The notes under the pieces were generated by a model. That model made no database searches and had not been told where the DNA came from. It saw nothing but the letters and a program-made list of their open reading frames with translations. 64,000 nt of DNA from Tubiluchus corallicola (lineage: Eukaryota; Animalia; Priapulida). Positions within the stretch are counted from its first letter, which is position 1, and each line of letters begins with the position of its first letter. Location of the stretch: positions 248,001-312,000 of the forward strand of contig JAQGDQ010000011.1 in the NCBI GenBank assembly GCA_030141605.1, read 5' to 3'. Shown here piece after piece: positions 1 through 11,300 of the stretch. The translations under genes were made by a program, and so were the position numbers.

Positions 1-730
1 TTAGTTTTGAGCGAAGTTGCATTGTCGAGAAGTTTTCACCCTGGGAAGTTGCCGTTACCATTGCTACGTTTATCATCCGTGCTTGCTTCAATGCCGCTCT
101 TGCAATGCTTATGTAAAAAATCGTAATTAAGATTGCGGAAAGGCACTGTGCCTGGAGTCGAGTGTAAATTATGCTGCTTTGAAACATGCCATCATTTGAC
201 GGGGAGCATCTGTAAACGGTGGCCTTTTCACTGTAAATGTACATTACAGGTGCATATGTAAACAATGTTAGATTTGTTATCCATATGAATGCTGTTAATA
301 CCTTTACACGTTTTACTGATAGAATGCTATGGTATCTTAACGGATACACAACACTTGCGTATCTTTCCATTGAGGCGACAACGTAAAATGATAACGATAA
401 ACCAAATACACATAAGCAAAATGTGTACATTAGAGAACATTGAATGATACTATCAGTTTCATTCGGTAAGAAGAAAAAGGTTAAGGCATACCATATCCCA
501 TATACACCACACAGTGCATCGGCTATTGCTAGATTGCAAAAAATGTAATAAGGTGTCGTGTGCAGTTCATCTGAGCTTGCGATTGTAATTATAACCACAA
601 TGTTGCATGTGACCACTGCAAAGCCTATAAGTAGATAAATGACGTTGAGTATATCGGTGTAAGTCGATTCAAGCTGCTCCACTCCTCCTGTAGAATTTGA
701 CACAACTTTAACTGTATTGTTATATTCCAT
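1..730 (-). CDS. Rhodopsin-class (class A) orphan GPCR, paralog 1; 3' end truncated by the window edge
   Basis: Manual translation from ATG at 730 is open to position 1: MEYNNTVKVVSNST...LNVIYLLIGFAVVTCNIVVII (TM1) ...IFCNLAIADALCG (TM2) ...VASMERYASVVYPLRYHSIL (ERY, ICL2) ...AFIWITN (TM4) ...IFYISIARAALKQARMI...QLRSKL. Absent from the ORF track because there is no stop in the window. Confidence 0.93.
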   Translation of the reverse strand, partial: MEYNNTVKVVSNSTGGVEQLESTYTDILNVIYLLIGFAVVTCNIVVIITIASSDELHTTPYYIFCNLAIADALCGVYGIWYALTFFFLPNETDSIIQCSLMYTFCLCVFGLSLSFYVVASMERYASVVYPLRYHSILSVKRVKVLTAFIWITNLTLFTYAPVMYIYSEKATVYRCSPSNDGMFQSSIIYTRLQAQCLSAILITIFYISIARAALKQARMINVAMVTATSQGENFSTMQLRSKL

Positions 731-1388
731 TTTGTACAACAGTTTTGAAATTCTGTAACTATTATCAAATATAAAGCGCACTTCGTAAAAATCTGGAGCC
801 TCTTTTGGTTTAATTGTGGGACACCATCCTCAATGATTTCAGTTGCCTGGTATTGTAACACTTACTTGCATTTGTTGCACATGAAAGAGGTTGAAGCTTT
901 TACGGTCAGTTATTGCTATGAAGAAACATACTCCGCATTAATGGTTCTTCGTGTGAACACCATTTGTAAATTTTGCGTGTAGAAATATTACTACTTATTC
1001 TGCGTACTCCATTTATTTCAGCGTTTGTTATTTGTGCAAATATTGTGATTTGTTTGCTTGCACTACATTAACGACGTGACAATACACTAGCATGATCGTA
1101 GTAGCGTAACATTTCTTTGTTTAAATTTGCATTCTTTTTGTACCAGCTTGTGTACATTAGAATTGAAAGTTGTACAAGCTTTTCTAAGTCAGTAAATAAA
1201 CTTCATATGTAGGTTTTGTGAATAGTCTATGTAATTTATCAATTTTTAACATGCAAAGCTTCCAATAGCTGAAGACAACAATGAACAGTAAACAAAAACA
1301 TGTTTACATAAGCGAGCATCCTGAAACCGTGTAATTTCCTTCATTTGATCAAAATGTAATTAATCCATAATTCACTTCACATATTTTA

Positions 1389-2348
1389 CTAATTCAGACA
1401 ACAGGTGGTGATGATCTTGGGATGAAGAAGTTTCTTGAGTTCATTTCTGAAATCTTCCAGCTTCACTACATACACGACGACATTCGTTAGCGAGTTAGCA
1501 CTAGCGAGTAGGTTGAACCAGTCGTAATTTTCGGCGTCTAAACCGCACGTCTCGCACATGAACAGCAGAAATGTTCCTATCAGCAAAGGTATCCAAGTCG
1601 CATAATACAAGCCAATTGTCAGAGCTAATGTTTTGGCAAGTTTCAGCTTCCTGTGAAGCCGTCCTCTGGACCCATTAGAGTTGTGAATTGCAGCCACTGC
1701 TTGTTCTACCATTCTCCTTTGTTTGATTGCCGCGTTGACGATACCAATGTAACAAACAGCTATAATTGATAACATTGCAAGTGTGCACGTGACGAAAAAG
1801 AAAAAATTAACTTTCATGAATAGGCTGCCAGGCGGTGGCAGACAGTTCGTCAACTCAGTATCGCTGTCTTTTAAATGCAGTATGATCATTATAAAGAACA
1901 AGGTTCCGTGTCCGAGCCACGTCGCGGCTATGGAGGCTTTCGTTCTCCGTGGTGTCAGGAGGTTGTGGTACCTCAGTGGGTGCACGACACTGATGTACCT
2001 GTCTACTGCAGCATACATGTAAAAACTCACTGAAATCCCGACGCTGAATGTGCCGAAATTAAAGATGAAAATACAGAAAGAGTCGAGTTTGTTAATGATG
2101 ACTACACTAGTCAAAATCGTTATCGACCTTACTGACAAGAAAATGCCGATGCAGTAGTCGGCCACAGCTAAATTCCCAAAAATTATATAGATGTTCTTGT
2201 CCAGCAGATGAAACTTTGTTATAGTTGCAAAGACAATAGCGTTGACAGGCATTATTAACAGTCCTAGTAACAACTCAATGACGTGTAGTGTCACATGCTT
2301 TTGACCATCTACCATAGATATGTTGCTGTGACTAGTGTTGTTTAGCAT
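1389..2348 (-). CDS. Rhodopsin-class orphan GPCR, paralog 2, single coding exon (~319 aa; likely start MLNNTS at 2348)
   Basis: Seven hydrophobic segments; N-terminal N-glycosylation sequons (NNT, NTS, NIS); GNLAVAD (TM2); AVDRYISVVHPLRY; TM6 ATWIP; TM7 NSLTNVVVY; helix 8 FRNELKKL. The ORF-track start at 2435 is not an ATG. Confidence 0.95.
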   Translation of the reverse strand: MLNNTSHSNISMVDGQKHVTLHVIELLLGLLIMPVNAIVFATITKFHLLDKNIYIIFGNLAVADYCIGIFLSVRSITILTSVVIINKLDSFCIFIFNFGTFSVGISVSFYMYAAVDRYISVVHPLRYHNLLTPRRTKASIAATWLGHGTLFFIMIILHLKDSDTELTNCLPPPGSLFMKVNFFFFVTCTLAMLSIIAVCYIGIVNAAIKQRRMVEQAVAAIHNSNGSRGRLHRKLKLAKTLALTIGLYYATWIPLLIGTFLLFMCETCGLDAENYDWFNLLASANSLTNVVVYVVKLEDFRNELKKLLHPKIITTCCLN

Positions 2349-2868
2349 TTTCTCATTTGGGTGCCCGTAAAATAAACATCTGGCCAGAACTGACTTGCTG
2401 TTTATAGTAAGTTTTCTTTCCCTATTCTTCGTCAATTCATCTGGCTAATAGGTAGCTCCTTTCTTGTACCTGTTGACATTATTGTCACATCTGACAAATT
2501 AACGAGTTTTTCTGACACGCATGTCTAACAGGTCATCGTGTAGGCAGGCCTCAGTGATTAGCAGAAATGTCAGTCACCTGTGGCTAATTTGTGTCACAAT
2601 TAGTCTAATTGGTTAGGTGTAACAGTTGAAATGGGTTTTGGGAAGCACATTATGTTTTAAGCGTCATGTTATGTTATTATGTTGCTACTGGATTGTGTTT
2701 TACAAATGTTACAAATTATTGCTAGCCAGCACTTAGTCTGAGCAACATGGGAATTATTTTTAATGTCAGAAAGTGATAAAGTTAATCCAATAATGATGAA
2801 ATGAAAAGATAAAATGTGTCCACCACTGTGACATGGTAGATTGAAATTTTTTCTTGACATTTTTGTAC

Positions 2869-3300
2869 AGCTTCGAAGATGGCACCATTTTTGGCGATCT
2901 CTATATCAAGCGAAAGATCTCGATCTAGTGTCGTCTCATTTATGGTTTACTTTTTGAGACGTGGCTACTGGGAGGAACGAGGGGCGAAAAACCTCCAAAA
3001 ATGGGCATTTTGTTTTGCAAAACTTATACCTCTTATCTCTGGAGAACAGGAATGTGCTGGGGATGGTGTTGGTAATGGTTGGATAGCCCCGTTCAACGTT
3101 GGGTGTGGTATTTGTATTTAGAATTCGTGCTAGACCCACGAAATCCTGCAACGGGCGTTTTCCCGGACCCAGCCATCCGATTTTTTCGATAATTTTGGCC
3201 GAACACCCTGCAGAAGAAATGGTCTAGTAGCGTTTGCTGGGGCTCTCGGAAGGAGATATATAGCTCTTTAGGAAGAGGAGGAACGGGGCTACACAATGAT
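2869..3300. repeat. GC/CpG-rich insert, probable DNA-transposon fragment
   Basis: Abrupt compositional shift from the AT-rich intron, intact CpGs, no credible protein. Termini not identified. Confidence 0.3.
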
Positions 3301-3683
3301 GTAGCTCACATTTTAGGATGCCTCTGCCAAGTTGATTGGAGGTTTTAATTTCGGGCAACTCTCGCTTAGAAGCTGCAGATGTTTTCATTGTTTTCTCATC
3401 ATTCCTTTGTATTCTGCCTACACTTTTACTTATTTTGTTAAACTTTTGCTGTCTGTTATGATGTAAGTGCTATAATGTTAGCCTATTGAGATCAGAAGGA
3501 GCACTCTCCAAACACTATGTAAAATGTTTGTGCATTAATGATAATCATTGGATGGGTCTAATAGTATTTGTCATAGCACACAGTTTCGATAATTTGAAAA
3601 TATTTTGTATAGTTACACTAGGCTGTTATCTTTGTTGAAATGCTATTATCGTCATTGTCATTGTTGGCATCGTGTTCACCATC

Positions 3684-3855
3684 GGTGTGGTGTAGTGTAG
3701 TGTGAGTAGGATGGTGTGATGTTTTGGGTAAGGTACGGCACGGTGGGTGTGGTGCAGTGGCATATGGTATGGTGGAGTGGTGTGGGTGTGGCATGGTGTG
3801 GGTGCCATGGTGTGAGTGGCATGGTGTGGTGTGATGTGGTGTGCTGTTGTTGTTG
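3684..3855. repeat. Degenerate (GGTGT/GGCAT)n pentamer repeat
   Basis: Visible tandem GTGTG/GCATG units; source of the His/Thr/Pro-rich spurious ORFs. Confidence 0.85.
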
Positions 3856-3999
3856 GTTTATTTGCAAATTCTTTTGCAAGGACGCTAGTTAATAATTAAT
3901 CTCGCAATGTAAAAATTGAGTACAATTTGAGTAACACACTGAGAATCAGCAATTCAGTTTGACATTTATCTGTATTTACATATCAACTCAAGAGCTAAT

Positions 4000-4075
4000 G
4001 TCTCAAGATTAGCTCAGTCAGCCACATGCTTGCTTTTCACGTGGAAGGTCGTGGGTTCAACTCGGCTGCTCGGTT
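4000..4075 (+). mobile_element. tRNA-derived SINE head
   Basis: A-box-like TAGCTCAGTCAG and B-box-like GGTTCAACTC at tRNA spacing; no proper acceptor stem. Confidence 0.5.
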
Positions 4076-4829
4076 ATACCAAAAATGGTTCCTTCTCTTT
4101 TATTGCTTATCAAGTTCTGATGTGCATTATAAGTACGAAAGTAAGGTAATAACTGACCGCATACTGATGTCAGTATTCTTTCACATTGGGCAGCGATGGC
4201 ATATGTGCAGAGTGTGTGACAGTCTTGGTGGGCTGCCAATCATCAGAGGGGCTATTTCTATGAACGCAGTGTCAGTAAATTGTAACGTTGAGTGAAATAA
4301 AATAGCTACTGCAACCAACATGAAAGCATGATCTTTTTATTGCTCGCAAGCGCAAGTGGAAATCTATTTCGACGATTCAGCATTGGCTTCAAGCCACCCT
4401 CAACAGAAAAATATTTAAAGGTCAAATTTAACGTAAAAAGTTTTCTTTATTGAAAATAGCAAATCATAACTTTAAATTTTGCACTAATTTTATTAAATTT
4501 CATGGCTTACATCCTAATGAAATGGGCCTTGAAGTTTCATATTTTCACGAAGCATTTTCAGCTTTGGAAAATCGAATGGTAAACAAATGTGCTACCAACG
4601 GCTTCCTTGGATACTGCGTTGCTCTTGAATTTTTAAATAATGGTTTACAGCGAAATGTGACATGTGGTAATCAAATGCCAATGCTGCCGGACCTAGGGCG
4701 TCTTTCTCGCTGTTTTCATATAATGAGTAAAACTCCCGAAATCATGTACCAGACTTTCTTTGGAAATGATACCTTCACACCCGATTTTTTCTTATATATA
4801 AACATACACACACCACATATATATAAACA

Positions 4830-4832
<3 letters not shown>

Positions 4833-4890
<58 letters not shown>
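4833..4890. repeat. (TA)n microsatellite
   Basis: Perfect TA run, flanked on both sides by ATATATAAACACCAA. Confidence 0.98.
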
Positions 4891-4898
<8 letters not shown>

Positions 4899-5323
4899 AT
4901 ATAAACACCAAGAAAAAGTAAAAAGTATCAGAAAACCTTAATTAGAGCATTTTCTTTCTGTTTTAGTGTAAAACTAAAGCTTCAGGAAGTACACTGTATT
5001 TGACTTTTAAGCTTGTAAACATAAAATTTAATGACACAATTAGTAGTAGTATATAATGCAATAAAGAAGAGCATTGACAACTTTCTTTACAATTACTAAC
5101 TACATCTCAAATACCCTTAGTTTACTCGAATGCTAGTTTACAACAAAAGGATCATATTTTCACTGCCTGTCATAGCTATTTTATATCTTTTAAAGTTCAG
5201 AAATCTAAGTGACAAGTAAATTATAGCTCCCTAGCTATTACAATAAAAATATGTTTCAGCTAAACGTGTTATAAACTATAACAGCAAATGAGGAACTTTT
5301 GTTTTCACTCTTGTTTATTTCAG

Positions 5324-8300
5324 AGATGGCACCACCGATGTAACGAGAACGATGCATTTTGGTAAACCTCCACAGTTAGAAATCGTACGTGTGTTTTGTT
5401 TATGTTTTTATTCACAGTTTGGCATTCTCCAGATTTCAAGGTTCAACGGCAGGGTACACCCAGCGTAGGTCTAGGTTTGTTGGGACCAGAACTTAAGTAA
5501 TTAGTAGAAATATTCTTCTGAGACAGATACTAAACCCGTAAATGTGTTTTTGGTCATGCCCCATATCGATGTATAATCGATTATTGGATCGATTTCATAT
5601 CCGCTTAATCAATTACGAAAATGAAACAGATGTCCTACCACTAATCTTTGAAATAAAATTTTCAATCTGTCAGCTAAAGTTACCTGTGTGAAGGCACTGC
5701 TAAATCACAACCTCACTTGGATTTATCTCAATCACTGAGAGAGAAAGTGACATCACACTTAGACAGCTGCAAAAATCGTAATTTTCTTTTTGCACATTTT
5801 GTAGTGTGTACATACTTTTTAATATAAATAGTAATAAATAATATAATGTAATATAGTTGATATTTCTATGTTTCTAGGAGTCAAATACCAGGGTTCTGAA
5901 GGGGCACATTGCTCTGAGCACTCTGATTTTCCCTACTGGCATAAAAGGTATTAGCTAGAAAGTGATCCATAATATTAAAAAACACCAACTTTATAATTAT
6001 GCAAAAGAAGTATATTTTTGAATAAATGCATGATAGTTAACATAAAATTCTGAAGCTTTTTTGTGACAATCTACAAAAAAATGGAAACATCTATTTATTA
6101 ATTAACTGGTCGAATTTGACAGAAGTGCTTATTTAGTTGATTGCTCGTGTTTTTTTAGTAATTGTGAGTTCAATTCCATGTGTTGTCATTATTCTTTCAT
6201 CATCTCTTTCTGTTTATTATTTATCTTTTGCTATTGATTGTAGGTCATCTGGTTGACAGTGCAGCTAGGAGAGCATTATGGGATGTTGGTCTTGATTATC
6301 TTCATGGCACAGGACACGGTGTCGGGTCATTCTTAAACGTACATGAAGGTCAGCTGTTTTGTGCCATGCTTTTCTGTAACTGCTGACTTTTTTCATTCTT
6401 CAGTTTTCAGTACATGGAGACCTTAAATGCAATGTATTGTCTAACTGTTTATGCTGACGTATCACTAAAATTAGTGTTCTTAACATGGTCTTCAATAGTA
6501 GGGCATTTCGTCTTCTTCAGAGAACTGCAGTTTTAAAGATGTGTTTTGAATTTAGACGAAAACATTTGGTACTGATATAATCATTGTCTACACTAGGTGG
6601 CAATGTACTATAACAATGGTTTGAAAGTGAAATATTTGAAAAAACTTTGAAGATAAAATAGCTGATGACAAGCTTCGGGCATAAATGATGCATTCTGTTT
6701 TACTGTCAAAACTTTCCAACTTGAACAACTTTGTCAATGATAATGCAGTTATTTTTGCTCTCCATAGAAACTGAATGTAAACGAAATGCAAAAAAATTAT
6801 AATTTATAATATCATATCATTTTTTGAAGCCATTGAACAGCAGTTTAGTGAAATTGCTCATTGGGACAGTTGGCTTTGTTGCTGCATTTGACGGAGCGTT
6901 TCAGCAAAGGATCGCTTTTGTTGATTGAACAAAAAAAGACTGAAAATGAAAGATATGAAATTGATAGCCTTGGGAGGAGGGGAATATTGTGTAGTGGAGC
7001 TCATTTGCTCTGAAACTGTTAAGAAATGCATTTTTTTGCTTTAATAAATTGTGAACTGCCGAGGTATAGGCTTTGACTTTCTTTGCTGCAGTCCCCAAAG
7101 GGAATGTTACTTGCTGCTGTGTGGAAATTATGGCACGTTCAGACTAGAGAGTTCTTTGTCGAGAGTTTTCTCTGTGACAGTAAACTCGCAAGTGTGAACT
7201 GCTTTGCTAGTTACTGTCTGTCGACCAATGCTGCGAGTTGATTTTCTACAAGTTACTGCCTAGTGTGAATGCTTCGTGGAGTTATTTTCAACACTTGCTG
7301 TGAATAGAGAAGTGAGTGTCAGCTCAGGGTTACTGTCGCAGAGTAACTCTCAACAAGCATTGCTGTCTAGTCTGAACCTCTTGCAAGTTACTTGGAGATT
7401 ACTTAGCGAGATTAATTGGCGAGGAAACTCTCTAGTCTGAATGTACCATAACATCATTATTAGTTTAATGTAGCACACTAAACGTTGCCAATACAAGAGA
7501 AGGGTGAAAACATTTGACAGTTTGTGAGCTGTTTAAAGGCTGAAATTCATCTTCATTTAATTTTTTGATTTTTTCGTGTCTCTTTCAGGTCCTCAGTCCA
7601 TTAGCTGGAGAACAAAACCAACAGAAGTCGGGATGGAAGAAAATATGATCATTACTATAGGTGTGTAGCGAAATTTGCTGTACTAAGTATGTGAAGGTTG
7701 AGTGTGGTTGTAACGATATTCAACATTTCTCCACTGACAACAGCATAAATCAGTGATGTCAACAATGAAGCCCACAGGGGCAGATGGATGACTGTCCCAT
7801 AAATGACTCACACTGACCACTCAGATTGTGCAATAATACTTTCCAAATGTGATAAACACGTTGTCTAACTAAACTCACTTTGTACGATGAAACTAATCAA
7901 ACTGTTATGTAAATTATATTTAGTTAAAATCAGTTTAATAAGGCACAACCACTAAAAATACTTAATTTTTGCTCATTTGTCATTACTTCTTCTTTTTTTC
8001 AAATCCTCATTACATCTGTTGTAGACATTGAGGCATTATCAGTAAATTTTATTAGAGTATTCCACCCACTCTTACTTGCAGCTAATGGCATACGTTCTTC
8101 TGCTCCTAAGAGTAGATTTGGTTAAAGATTTTTATTTATCTTAGCTATCCAAGTTGTTTTTGGTTTGCCTGGTGGTTTTTTATGAGGTTTTAAGACTTCT
8201 TCTAAGGCAATTCTTTCTGGTGTTTCACTCTATAATCTGACAAAGGGTCCTAACCATCTTAATCTTCTGAGCTTGACTTGAATTCCAAGAAATTTCTTTC

Positions 8301-11300
8301 ATTCTAATGTATAAATCTTCATTTTTGAAAAAACATCTGATTGGTAATTTATCAATGAACCCCAAAGAAAATATGGAAATTGGCATGATTGGAAAAGTTA
8401 TGCAGCGATGATTGCCTTTTTTGTTAAAACACTGACATTGGTCACACGCACTGTAAAGCCTGGCTGTTTGCTTGTATTTTCCAAAGATTGCAAAAAGGGT
8501 GAAACTGCAATGAAAAAAGAACATCAAACAAAAATAAAGCAATAACAAATGTGCAAATAAATAAGCAACAAGCATTAAGACATTAATAACAATCAGCAGG
8601 AAATAACTTTAAATTAAATCATTACATACTCTATTACAAAACTAAAACAAAATTTACTTATTGTGGATGCGCCCAGTCCAGGCAATAAAACGGCAAAAAT
8701 CAATGTTGAACTGTGCGATAGACCTGCAATTTATTAAAATACAGGATTACAAAAGGTGCTTTGGAATGTGCAAAAGCTTATTACCATTTAGACAAAAAGT
8801 TTTAAGAAGTTTTAAGAAGACAGAAACAAATTATTACTTTATGACTCTATGAAGCAATTTTAACCGATTTAAACGTTTAACTAATTATAAAGGTAGATGT
8901 GACTTACATTTACTGGTGACTTGGCTTGAAAATGCAACTAGTTAATAGGCAAAAACAACGAAAGTATCACAAAACGGAATAAACAGTATAGCGGCAACAG
9001 AAAGTGTGACTACGTATAGAAACAAGTTTGATTGATAGGTGGCGTGTACTACTAAAAGCGTAAGTCACATGACTAAGGCTAGCTTCCTTTTTAAACAGTT
9101 TTGCATTTGCATATTTGTAAATTTGTAAAAAGAAAACAAATAATGATAAAATTTTTGATTGAATTGCTTGACACCAACACTTATAAATAAACTTTCTAAC
9201 CACACAAAAGAGCACGAATGTGCAAGTATGCATTCCTACCTAAAAACAAGCACACGCCGCATGCACTTTAAACAGTTATAAAAATCAAAGTAAACACCAT
9301 CAGCGACCATAAAGTGACAAATAATTCATTACAAAGTTAAATGCACCTCCAAACATTTGAAGATCTGCACAGCAAACTTCAAGCAAATTTTTAGAAACAA
9401 AAAGAGACATACTGATCTATAACAGCGACATACTGAACACACAAGTACAGGCATTTATACAACTAAAAACAGGACTCTACCTCATTCAAAGGCTGTCTAA
9501 CTTCTCATACTAGAGCACCTAAGCATGTTAAACAAACGCACCTGCATGTAACGCAAACTAAGGACACTTTTCAGTCTGTTTTTAGTGTTTTAGAGTTCCG
9601 TTCTAAAATTTCAATAATGGTGGCTGGGTACTAAGTAGTTCAGTGTGAGTCACGACAGAAGGCTGTGTGTCCATCTGCAAGCTTCATATTTTGGCAGTTT
9701 GTTTAATAAATAATGTTTCATTTTTTCTTGCTTGTTATTTCCAGAACCAGGATATTATGAAGACGGTTTATTTGGGTGCAGAATTGAGAATGTTGTGCTG
9801 ATAGTGAAAGCCGATACTAAGGTAAATTTTAGTAATAATATGCCAGGTGTTCCGTGAGTATAAAATGTGCAAGTTTTGTATCTTTCGTTTTAATTTTTTG
9901 CATTTTTAATGTAAAACATGTATAGGACATGCTGTGCATCAATGTTAAAGGACAAAAAAATCCCCAAAAAAATTGTCTTGAAACTTCATGTCACATGCAT
10001 ACTATCTTGTCACAGACAGAACTTGCATTAGCAGCAATTCTGTATAAAACTCGCAAATTTAAACTTCCAGGATGACCATTGGTCATTTTAACAGTAAGTC
10101 ATTTGAAGCAAGTTTACATAACATTATATAAAGTTAAAAAAATCTAAGCAAAAGTATAGATTACTTTATCTTGTCAATGAGATTAATAATATATTTTTTG
10201 CTGGGCCAGTGATGTTTTTTTTGGTACATTTGGGATAGTAAAACAGTGACGTTTTGCCACGTGGCGCAAACATTTCAAATTATTGAGAAATTTCTCCTAC
10301 TCGCATTCAAATGTCTTTCAAACAAATGAGAGTAATACTAATTAATATAATTTTGTGTGGAAAGTTTTTTGGGAGCTACATTAAAATTCTCCTTTCTTAT
10401 CCTTTAAGGATTTAATTGGGAGCAGACTGTTTACTTTATAGGCATTTGACTTTTGTGATTTTTTAGGTAACACTCTGTGTCTTATACATTAATACTTCAG
10501 GATAAGTTTGGAACTTTTCTAGATTATCGTGTTTTCATTGATTGGGTACAAGGCCATTTGTCTATCAGTATGAAATCACTATTATACAGTATAACAGTGA
10601 AAAGCTGTTTGAGTCTTTCTGATTGAAAGTTTGCACACATTTAACTTTTGTTGCCAAACATACTTTGCTAATTGTACCACCTTTACCGTCCCTATCACCG
10701 AGCTGCTGTTTTAATCTTGAATCTTTTATATCCTACTCTGTCAATCAACGTTAAGCATATTTCTTCAATTTTCTTCACAAATTTTATTTTCTCTTTTTTG
10801 TCTTGCTTTTGCCAAGCAAATGCCGTTTCCGTGCTGTTGGCTCTATTGAGCCCGAATGGTCTTTGTTTAACTTTTTCGTTTTTTGTTGTTACGGCGATTT
10901 GCTTGCGGATTTGCTGCACGAATGGCAGACCAGACCAGTTCATGAACTCACTGACCATTTGCATTGGGTTCATTGCTATATCTTCATATCTGATCATCTT
11001 GTACGTATCGTTGCCATATCTTACGTTTAATATGCTACCGTTTTGCAGATTTTCAACCATTCTGTTACACGTTTTCTGTGCCACCTGGTACATTACTTCA
11101 GGTTTGCGATAAATTGCTTGCTGTTGCGACAACATCATTCCACGCGGGTCTCGTATCAAATGGAGAACCTTGATATTGTATTGCGGAAATTTTGCAATTA
11201 ACGATTCAACGTCCTTAACATCAGCTCGAATGAGTTTCACTGACATAGTCTTATAATTTCTACAGAGGTCGGACATGCACTCGTAGACAGGCACCTTCAC

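Noticed and set aside
625-861. 78-aa minus-strand ORF
   Set aside because: Out-of-frame overlap with the real GPCR start at 730.
2869-2930. Possible XPNPEP1 exon (FEDGT after an AG)
   Set aside because: Stop soon after and no similarity beyond three residues.
3626-3879. His/Thr/Pro-rich ORFs
   Set aside because: Translation of a pentamer microsatellite.
4000-4075. Functional tRNA gene (also ~19180, ~38060, ~44480, ~56840)
   Set aside because: A/B-box remnants only; cloverleaf stems do not pair, so these are treated as SINE heads.
4450-4941. 163-aa ORF
   Set aside because: No domain; the YIYIYI tail comes from the (TA)n repeat.
10672-11112. 146-aa plus-strand ORF
   Set aside because: Antisense shadow of the sulfotransferase.
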